From Lama glama (Eukaryota), in NCBI GenBank assembly GCA_028534125.1, contig CM052818.1, positions 35,032,001 through 35,096,000 of the forward strand: a stretch of DNA of 64,000 nt. The letters run 5' to 3'. The first letter of the stretch is position 1; every line of letters starts with the position of its first letter. The notes beneath the pieces were generated by a model. That model was not told where the DNA came from. It was given only the letters and a program-made list of their open reading frames with translations, and searched no databases. The position numbers and the translations under genes were made by a program. Of this stretch, positions 53,995 through 64,000 are shown piece by piece.

Positions 53995-55370
53995 TCCAGA
54001 CTGCAAAGCTACAGTAGTCAAAACAGTGTGGTAATGGCATAAAGTCAGACATATGGGCAAATGGAATACAACTGAGAGACCAGAAATGAACCCTCAGATA
54101 TCTGGTCAAATGATTTTTGACAAGGGTGCCAACACAGGCCAATGAAGAAAGGGCAGTCTTTTCAATAAACGTTGGGAAAATTTGATACCCACATGCAAGA
54201 GAATGAAATTGGACCCATCTTCTATACCACATACAAAAATTAACTCAAAATGGATCAAAGCCCTAAACATTAAAAACCAGAACTATAAAACTTCTAAAAA
54301 CAAGAAATCTTCATGATTGGATTTGCGAATGATTTCTTAGATATGATGCCAAAAGCACAAGCAACAAAAGAAAAATTGGATTTCATTAAAAATTAAAAAC
54401 ATGTATCAAAGGGCATTATCAACAGTGGAGAGACAACGTACAGAATGGGAGAAAATATTTGTAAATCATATATTTGATAAGAAATCAATATTCAGAATAT
54501 ATAAGGAACTTCTACACCCCAACAACAAAAGAACAACTGATTTAAAAAGTACTTGAATAAAGGACTTGATTGAAGGACCTGAATAGATCTCCGAACAAGA
54601 TACGTACAGGTGGCCAATAGGCACATGAAGAGATATTCAACATCACTAATCTCACTAGGGAAATGCAAACCAAAACCACAAGATACGACTTCACACACGT
54701 TAGGATAACTATATTATCAAAAAACAGGAAAATAACAATGTTGGCAAGGCTGTAGAGAAATTTGAATCCTTGTGCATTGCTGGTGGAATTGTAAATAGAT
54801 GCGACCACTGTGGAAAACTACTATTGTTTCTCAAACAGTTAAGCGGAAATACACTATGATCCAGCAATTTCATTTCTGGATATGTACCCCCCAAAAAGTG
54901 AAAGCAGGAACTCGAACATATTTGTACACCAATGTTCATAGCAACGTTATTCATAATAGGTGAAACAACTCTAGTGGATGAACAATGTGGTATATACATA
55001 TGATGGGATATTATTCAGCCTTAAAAAGGAATGAAATCCTGACACATGCTACAACATGGATGAACCTTGAGGACATTATGCTGAGTGAAATGACAGATAA
55101 AAAAGAACAAATACCATATGATTCCACTTATATGTGGTACCTAGAATAGTCAAATTCCTAGAGGCAGAAATGATGGTAGAATGATGGCTGCCTTAGAATA
55201 GGGGTAAATGGAATAGAGAGTTAGTGTTTGAGTTCTGCAGATGGGTGGTAGTGATGGTTGCACAACAATGTGAATGTACTTAATGCCACTGTACACTTAA
55301 AACTGTGCCCTTAAGAATGGCTAAAATGGTACACTATGTATATTTTACCACAATAGAAAACAAAAACAAA
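53995..55370 (+). mobile_element. L1 ORF2 3' end + 3' UTR (L1MB-type)
   Basis: aaagctacagtagtcaaaacagtgtggt...tttgacaagggtgcc...aactcaaaatggatcaaag...catggatgaaccttgaggacattatgctgagtgaaa. Confidence 0.9.
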
Positions 55371-56419
55371 GGATACTCAAAGTGGATAGAAAAATAAAAC
55401 TTGTGTGACATTTTCTTTTCAGAGCAACCTGAGAAGGTTAATTTTAAAAAGGTTTTATTTAAAGAAATAGAAGAAACTAAGTTCCACCAGTGGACTTAAG
55501 AAAAACCCTGTAGCATTAGAGAAACTAGCGATGATCTTAGAAAACCTATGTATCTTTGAAGAAAGCAAAGTTCTTGGAGACCAGCCTGTGCAAAGACTCA
55601 GAACTAAATCTCCTTGGACCTAAGAAGTTATAGCTGAGAATGGAACCAAGGACAACCAAGAACCCAGACTGGTCCAAGTAGTACAGCCAGGAACCCAGAA
55701 TGAAGCATCAGAGCTGAAGGTCACCAGGAATTGATGTCAACAAGAAGCAAACACCTTTTAAAAATAAGAAAAACCATTAACCATCCTCCTCCCACATAGT
55801 AAGCAATTCCATTGAAGAGTAGAGTTCTTGCAGTGGACGTCTTTGCTGATCTCAGAGGCAAAGAGATATTTCATTTTTAAATTTGCACTTTAAAAAATTT
55901 TAGTGAAGTCAACCAAACACCTCTCTAAATGAGTTATTTCTGTGTCTTTGTGAATTAACTCAACAGGATTTTTGTCAGGTTTCCTATGGGAGTGTTGCAC
56001 TTAAATTTTTTTTAATTGAGATACAGTTGATTTAGAATGTATTAGGTGTACAACAAAGTGATTCAAAATTTGTATAGATTATATTTCATTTAAAGTTATT
56101 ACAAAATATTGGCTGTATCCCCTGTCCTGTATAATACATCCTTGTAGCTTAGAGTGTTCCATTTTTTACTCAGTGTTCTTCTTAGAATAAGGCCATTAAT
56201 CTTCTGCAGTGTGTGTTGCACATAATTTTCCTAGTTTTTAATGTTCCCCATTTTTGTTTATAGTCTTTTGCCATACAGAAAATTTTAAACTTTCTGTAAT
56301 TAAATTGATCATTTTCCTTTAAGATTTTTGTTTTCATGACATGATTAAGAAGTCCTTTAACAATACATTGTTTATAAAAAAAATTAATTCCTGCTTTTTT
56401 CCTAGTTCTTCTATTGTTT

Positions 56420-59370
56420 AAATTTTTTTAGCAGTTCTATTAAATTATGACTGATATGTAACCAACTGTACATTTTAAAGCATACAGTGTGATAAATGTT
56501 GACATATTTTACCACCACAATCAAGATAAGGAACACAGCTGTCACCTCCATAATTTCTCTGTGCTTCTTTGAGGTCCCTTGGACCCTGTCTGACACTATC
56601 CCCAGGCAACCAGTAATCTTTCTGTCACTTCAGATTAGTTTGCATTTCTAAGAATGTTATAGAAATGGAATCATACAGTATGTACTTTTTGTTGCCTGGT
56701 TTCCTTCACTCAGCACAGTTGTTTGACACTTATCTGTGTTGTCACCTGTATGAGGAGTTCATTCCTGTTTATTGCTGACCAGGGTGCTGTTGTATGGATA
56801 TACTAGTTTGTTTATCCATTCCCCTCAGTGGACGTTTGAGTTGTTTCTAGTCTTTGGCTATTACAGATATAGCTGCTATGAACACTTGTGTACAACTCTT
56901 GGTGTGGACATATGCTTTCATTTCTCCTGGGCAAATCCCTGGGAGTGGAACTGCAGGATAATATGGTAGGTGTATGTTTACCTTTCTGAGCAACGGCAAA
57001 ACTGTCTTCCAAGGGGACTGCAGTACTTTTAAAATTCCCACCAATGGTAGGAGAGATCTAGTTCCTCATCACATCCTCATCACATTTGGGTCAGCGTTTT
57101 CAACTTTAGCCATTTTGGTAAGTGGGTAGTGTTATCTCTCTATGACTACTGTTGTGGAACATCTTTTCATGTGCTTATTTGTCATCCATGCACCTTTTCC
57201 CGTGAAATATCAGTTCCCATCTTTGGCCCAGTTTTCAAATTTGTGTTTACTCTTAAGTGTTGAGAGTTCTTGCTCTATTCTGATACTCAATAAAGCGCAT
57301 GCTTTGCAAATATTTTCTCCCAGTTAGTGTGGTTTGCCTTTTCATTTTCTGAACTGTTTTTGGAAAAACAGATTTCAAAGCTTTTGGATGAAGTTGATCA
57401 AGTTCTCCTTCTATCGGTTGTATTTTTGGTGTCATTTCTAAGAATTTTTTGCTAAACACAAGTTCACAAGGATTTACTAAAATTTTTCTTCAAGAAGCTT
57501 TGTAGTTTCGGTTTTACATTCAGGTCTATGACCCATTTTGAGTTAATTGTTGTATGAGGTGAGACGTTCAGATCAAAATTTCTCTCTTTCCCTATTGATA
57601 CCCAATTGTTTCATGTGTCATTAAGTGACACACTGAGTGACTTCTATACCTCTGTTGAAAGTCAGTTGTCCATATGTGTGAGTCTATTTCTGGACTTGCT
57701 TCTGCAGTCCAGTGATTTATTTATAAATCTTTCCACCAATACCACACTGTTTTAATTACTGTAGCTTTATAAATGTCTCAAAATCAGGTAGTGTTAGTCC
57801 TCCAACTTCATTTTTTCCTTTTCAGAGTTGATTAGGCTATTTTAGGTCCTTTGTTTTCCATATGAATTATAGAATTAGTTGTCAGTTTCTATAAAAAGAG
57901 TCTTTTGATTGGGATTGTGTTTAAGGTATACATCAATTTGGAGAGAATTGAGATCATAACAGTATTTTGCCATCAATCCATCATTCCACTTATTTATATA
58001 TTCTTTAGTTTGTCTCAGTAATATCTTGTAGGTTCCAGTAAATGTCTTTTACATTGTTTGTCAGATTTAACCCTACATTTAAAAAAATTTTAATGATATT
58101 GTGACAGTTAAATTTTTTTCAAGTTAAAAGTTAAACACAATTTTGAGCATCAATTAATACATATGATGAAGTGATAACTGATGAAAAACATTGAATTTGT
58201 ATTTTTATACTGATTGTGTATTCTACCTTGCTAAACTCACTTATTAGTTTTAGTAGCTTCTTTGTACATTCTGTCGGATTACAGATGAATGTTATCTCCA
58301 AAGACAAAAAGTTTTATTCTGAATAGCTTTTCTTTTTCTTACCTGACTGCACTGGCTAGAACCTCTAGTACAATGTAGAATAGATGTGGTGAGAGTGGAA
58401 ATCCTTGTTATTGATCTTACTGAGAAAGCATTTTGTATTTCATATTAAGTATGATGTTAGCTGAAAGTTTTTCCTGCATGCCTTTGCACAGGCTGAGGAC
58501 ATTCCCATCTATTACCTGCTGAGAGTTCCTTGTTTTGCTTTTTAATCAGAAATGGATGTTGAATTTTGTCAAAAGCTTCTGCATCTATCGTTTTGATATA
58601 CTTTTCTTTTTTAGCTTACTAATATGACGAATTACTTTGATTGACTTCAGACTATTAAACCAGCTTTGGATTCATTGATTTTCTCTATTGGTTTTCTGTT
58701 TTCTATTTCATTGATTTCCATTCTGATACTTATTATTATGTTTCATCTTGTTTGCTTATTTTAGGCTTAATTTGTTCTTTTTTTGTATAATGTCTTAATA
58801 TGGAAGCTGATGTCACTACTTTGAGAACTTTCTTTTTTCATCATGTGTTTAGCACTATAAATTTCCCCGTAAGTACTGCTTTAGTAGCATCCCAATAATT
58901 CTGATATGTTGTTTTATTTCTTTGCAGTTCAAAATACTTTCTAATTTTGATTTTGATTTCTTCTTTGACTCATGTGTGATTTAGAAATGTATTATCTTGT
59001 TTCCAAACATCTGAAGACTTTTCAGATATCAGTCTCTTATCGATTTCTATTTTAACTTCATTGTAGTCAGAGAACATACTTTGTGTGACTTGAATCCTTC
59101 TAAATGTAATAGGATTTGTGATATGGCCTATAACATTCTGTGTTATTTTGAAAAGGAAAATGTGTATTCTGCTACCATTGGGGTAGAGCACCACAAATGT
59201 CAATTAAGTCAATTTGGTTGATAAAGTTGTCTGTGTCTTCCACATTTTTACTGATTTTTCTGTCTACTTGTTCTATCAATCATTGAGAGAGGAATACTGA
59301 AATCTTCAATTATAGTGGTAAACGTCTCTCCTTCTTGCAATTCTTTCAGTTTTGATTCATGTGTTTTTTC
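56420..59370 (-). mobile_element. L1 (3' UTR through ORF2 remnants)
   Basis: T-rich + strand; minus-strand peptides such as IHLPYYPAVPLPGICPGEMKAYVHTKSC and QSMFSDYNEVKIEI. Confidence 0.85.
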
Positions 59371-59374
59371 CATA

Positions 59375-60450
59375 AACTTTTTTTTAGAGCAATATTAGGT
59401 TTATAGCAAAATTGAAGGGAAAGTACAGAGAATTAACATACACATACAAACTCCCTGACTACCAACATCTCACACCAGGGTGGTATATTTGTTAAAATCA
59501 ATTAATTTACATTGATACATCATTATCACCCAAAGTCCATAGTTTACGATAGTGTTGTAACTTCTATGGGTTTTGACAAATGTATAATGACATGTAGCCA
59601 CCATTAGAGTATGGCACAGAATGCTTACACTGCCCTAAAACTCCTGCGTGCTCTACCTATTCATCCCTCTCCCCCCATCCCCTAGCAAACACTGATCTTT
59701 TTATTGTCTCCATTGTTTTGCCATTTCCAGAATGTCGTGTAGTTAGAATCATACTGTATGTAGCCTTTTCAGATTAGCTTCTTTCAGTAATATGCACTTA
59801 TGTTTCCTCCATGTCATTTATAAAATTTCTTTATCCATTCATGCATCAATGGATGCTTATGTTGCTTCCACATCTTGGTCATAAATAATGCTGCAATGAA
59901 TTTAGGGGTGCATATATCCAAGTTGGTGTTTTTGTTTTCTTTCGATAAATACCAGTAAGTGGAATTGCTGGATTGTATGGTAGTTCTATTTAAAATCTTT
60001 TTAGGAAACTCCATACTGTTTTCCATAGTGGCTGCACCAATTTACACATTTCCACCAACAGGGCAGGATTGTTCCCTCTTCCATGCATCCTCACCAACAC
60101 TTGTTATCTCTTGTCATTTTGATAACAACCATTCTGACAGGTGTGAGGTGATAGCTCATTGTGGTTTTGATTTGCATCTCCTGATGGTTAGTGATGCTAA
60201 GCATCTTTTCATGTACTTGTTGGCCATCTGTACCTCTTCTTTAGAAAAATATCTTTTGAGATCTTCTGCCCAGTTTTTAATCAGATTGTTTGTTTCCTTG
60301 CTGTGGAGTTGTAGGAGTTCTTAATATATTTTATATATTAGCCCCTTATCAGCTATATGATTTGCAGATATTTTCAACCATTCAGTAGGTTGCCTTTTCA
60401 TTTTGTTGGTCATTTCCTTTGCTGTGCAGAAGCTTTTTAGTTTGATGAAA
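59375..60450 (-). mobile_element. Two adjacent L1 3' fragments (L1MC-like, then L1MA-like)
   Basis: cattatcacccaaagtccatagtttac (L1MC 3' UTR-like); peptides [23 protein letters not shown] and CTPKFIAALF. Confidence 0.8.
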
Positions 60451-60945
60451 TGACCTTTTAAAAAGTCTAGTTTAAGCACAAAGCTGAACCATAATTTCAT
60501 TGTTTTAGCCAGTGTCCATCCTTCTCTTTCCTGGAGCAATAAGCTTCAACCTCTTGTTTGACTGAAAGGCTTGACTTAGGGGTGTGGGAGGTGGAGGATA
60601 AATTACCGAGAAGGAAAAGTACATCACTATCCAATAACTATGGATTACACATGTTAATTAGATTAAAGAAAAGTTCAAAACACCGAGATACAGGATATCG
60701 AATGGTTGTCCATCCATGTGTATGTTGTAACTGGAATTTTATGGCAGGGGTGAGTTGGAGAAAAAAAAAAAACACTATAGATTTCAATCTTGCTTTTCAG
60801 TTCTGCCTAGTAGGTGTTCAGTAAATCTCTGTTGAATTAAATAGAATTCTTCATTTGTAATTTTAAAATTTCTTTTACATTTGAGAGATGGGAAAATAGG
60901 ACAAACAAAATAAGAAGGGGAAGAAAGTTTTTTAAAAGTCCTATC

Positions 60946-61071
60946 GGGGCAGGGTATAGCTCAGTGGTAGAGCGCATGCTTAACATGCACGAGGTCCCAT
61001 GTTCAGTTCCCAGTACTGCCCTTAAAATAAAGAAATGACCCTAATTACCTCCTCCCACCCCCACTCCCCAA
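60946..61071 (+). mobile_element. Vic-1-like SINE with 12-bp target-site duplication
   Basis: ggggcagggtatagctcagtggtagagcgcatgcttaacatgcacgaggtcc...cctaattacctcc; AAAAGTCCTATC at 60934-60945 and 61072-61083, at a TT/AAAA L1-endonuclease site. Confidence 0.88.
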
Positions 61072-64000
61072 AAAAGTCCTATCAGAAAGAGGGATCAGTC
61101 AAATACTCTAATTTTAAATTATATTAAATAATTTGATGTCAAATTATGTTAAACTTATTACATTTTAAAAGCTGAATGGATAAATAAAGGCATATCAATA
61201 TTATATACACTTTTAAGTGTATTTGTTAGAAATTTTAAAATGCTGTTTTAAACATTACCTCCCAATTTATTTGCAAATATGTATTTTAGGCAACTAAATA
61301 TACAGTGTATCTTTTCTGTTTACTAATTAATTTTTCTCTATTTTAGAATTTTAATTGCAAATAGTGATATTCACAATCAATATTTATTGAGCATTAACCA
61401 TGTGCTTAAGGATTCAGAAACAGTGACCCCAGAGAGGAGGAAGGGACAGGTGATGATGACAAACGTTCCTCGTAAGTATGACAGCGCCTCACCTGTCAGA
61501 GTTAAGTGGGTGCTGGCCCTTTGGAAAGGGGGCGGTCTGGGTGCTTCTATTATTTCTGGCAACACCTACATTTGTATCACACATCTACAGTTCATGAAGT
61601 GCTTTATGAAACTGATCACATCTCATCCCCATCACTCTCCTATGAGGAAGAGATTATCATATTTCTTTAACATACAACAGTCTGAGGGTAGAGGGGGTAA
61701 CGGTCACAGTGGGTCAGTAGCAAGCTGGAAGTGGAGCCCCACTTCCTGAACCCCAGACACGAGCCCCGCTTCTGCACAGGGGAGAGCGCGCCCTGCGGGG
61801 CTGTGACCAGCCTGCTTGATTTCGCTCCCCTTCTGGTACTGCCAGCTACTAGGGAGGAGTCCCAGTCTCCTCTGAGGAAAAGAAAGCTCTGCAGTTGGAC
61901 TAAATATAGTCTGGGAGAGGCTGCATCTCATTTGGACTAATTATCCTGTCACCCATCAGAAGAACAAAGAGCCAAGAATTCTCAGGCCTCGTCATCCCCA
62001 TTCCTCTCACTAGCTTGGGCTTCCATGGAAGCGGCCTGACCTCCGGGCCTGGAGACAGTGTTAACAGAGCTAGCGGACGCAGGAATGTCAGGGCTGCCCC
62101 GAGGAAGACCATGGCGATGTGAGACTGCTTCTGTCTCTGGCACAACGACTCTATTTAAAGCGGGAGACAGACTGGCCTGGTGAGAGCGCCCTCAGTCCTG
62201 GAGATGCCCGGATGAGAGGCAGAAAGGGGAGGCCCTCCATGGACAATGCAGCCTGACTGTCAGCTGCGTGATCTATTTATTCTGCAAAGCTCTCCTAGTT
62301 CTTCCATCCAACACAGGCTGTGTGCAAAGCACGTAGCAAGCTTATTAAATATCATGACGTAAAGAAGCCCTAAATGAAACTCTCACCAAATCCCTACGAG
62401 CTGAATTGAAAACCAAAGTCAGAGAAATTCAAGAGAAGGAAAGGCACTTTGGTCAAGACATATACTTATACCATTAAGGTTTGGGGTCAAGAAAAATTTC
62501 ATTATTGCAGGCCAATATGTCAGAGGCAAGTGTAAGCAATGAAATAGTCTCACGAAGCTTTTATTAAAGTCTTCTGTGTGTTAGGGAAGTGCTATGGAAC
62601 ACTTGGCATCAGCCAGTAACAAAAGGTTTTAAATGAAGAATGATGCTTCGTAGAACACAAAGTTCTTTTTTAACTACAAGTACTACAAATGATTCTGATT
62701 AAGGTACTTTCTGTTGTGCATGGCTTTTATGAGAGGCGTAACATCTGCAGGTGGGCTCAGACAAACTGTTACATCCAAGAGTCTGTACCAGCACCTCTAA
62801 CATCTGAAATAAGTTCCAAGTAAAAGACTGCATTGGAAAAAAAAAAGTGTTTTGCAGATTTCAGATCAGATGTTTGCACATTTTAAAATCAGATCTCATT
62901 TCTAAGAAAAGGCATGTAGCTCATTCAGCCAAAGGGACATGAAATACAGAATTCAAAGGGTTCACGCCGCAAGTTGAATCATCACCTAGCCCATATGAGT
63001 GGGGACATGATTCACACATCCTGTGTTTGGTACTGACTAGTGGATATTCAAACTTCATCATCAACAAGTGTACGTACTGACTGACAATCTACTAGGATAA
63101 GGTGAATGAGCATGAAAAAAATAGCCCTGAATTTCACAACACATCCTGGCTTTTCTTCAGAGGGGTATATCTCAACACAGTGGTCTGCTTCAGAACCCAG
63201 CTATGAGACCAGGAGCTCCCACCTCTACCCAGATGCTGGAGGAGAGAGAAGTAGACTAGAATCCAATGCAATGCTTCTGGAAAGCAGTACAGAAGGCAAA
63301 GAAGTACAGAGGTGGGAAACCAGGGCTCTTGAAGCCAGGAAAGTTAAGGCTGGCCATTTCTATTCTTTCTGTGCTTGTTACCCACAGCTCTGTCCCCACT
63401 CCCCTGGTTCTTCTCCCTCCCTCATTCCGTCTCTCTCCTTCTGGCTTTAGTTTATTTTGCCTCCCTCCTCTGCATCCTCTGGTTTGTCCAAAATTTTATT
63501 GCTTTGCTGCACATATGTGGAAAAAACCATCAGATCAAAAACCAGTCACTCTGGAAGCCCGGACCGCCCTAAAGACCAAATTGGATTAATTATGTCCAGA
63601 CAAGCTTTTAAAACACTTTTAAAAGAAAGAAAGAAAACCAAATGAACTGAAAACTTGGGTTCAATGGACTTGAGATAATGTGGCTCATTTGCATATTTTG
63701 TAGGTTTTTGAAGGGTAGAAAAGACAAGGTCTTCCAGGAGCTTTTTATCTGAAAACTTCCTTCTGTAAGAGAATCAGTCAGCTAGAACCTCACCAAATGT
63801 AGTTATAGGGCTGAGTACTCTGAAACAGACCCCCAGGTCAATTCTCTCTGCTCCCAAGAGGAATGTACTTCTGGATGGAGAAGTTGGAAGAGCCTAGTCT
63901 AACACGGGCAAGAAGCACAGAGCATGAAAAGGACAGTTTTTCTAAGACTCGTAAGGTGGACACGTTTCTCTCCCTTTGTAGTCAAAAATAACAGATTGTG

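Noticed and set aside
55410..55760. Purine-rich, coding-looking stretch (possible pseudogene fragment)
   Set aside because: No ORF of 60 aa or more and no recognisable protein; a translated search would be needed.

Overview
Mammalian genomic DNA, probably a camelid (alpaca, llama or camel), judged from four short tRNA-Ala-derived Vic-1-like SINEs. The window holds the 3' ten coding exons of ASXL2 on the + strand (probably exons 4-13; the 5' exons lie upstream). All junctions are GT-AG and phase-consistent, and the CDS ends at TAG 45361-45363. A long, apparently TE-poor 3' UTR follows, with candidate poly(A) signals near 45.45, 49.6-49.7 and 53.75 kb. Introns and the downstream region are rich in old L1, L2, MIR, LTR and hAT fragments. 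The most notable signal is a dual-coding region at the start of the last exon: a +1-frame overlapping ORF (TF, 167 codons, stop 43436-43438). It starts at an AG_GUC_UCU arterivirus-type -2 frameshift motif (42929-42936) and encodes an EHNY HCF-1-binding motif. This system was proposed earlier from comparative genomics and is usually absent from annotation. I also note a candidate stimulatory hairpin, a cryptic acceptor that would enter the TF frame without frameshifting, a candidate internal promoter with an in-phase alternative first coding exon, a recursive-splice-like exon, a NAGNAG acceptor and a MEF2/E-box cluster. No computation or database search was run; repeat subfamily names come from visual recognition and repeat boundaries are approximate.
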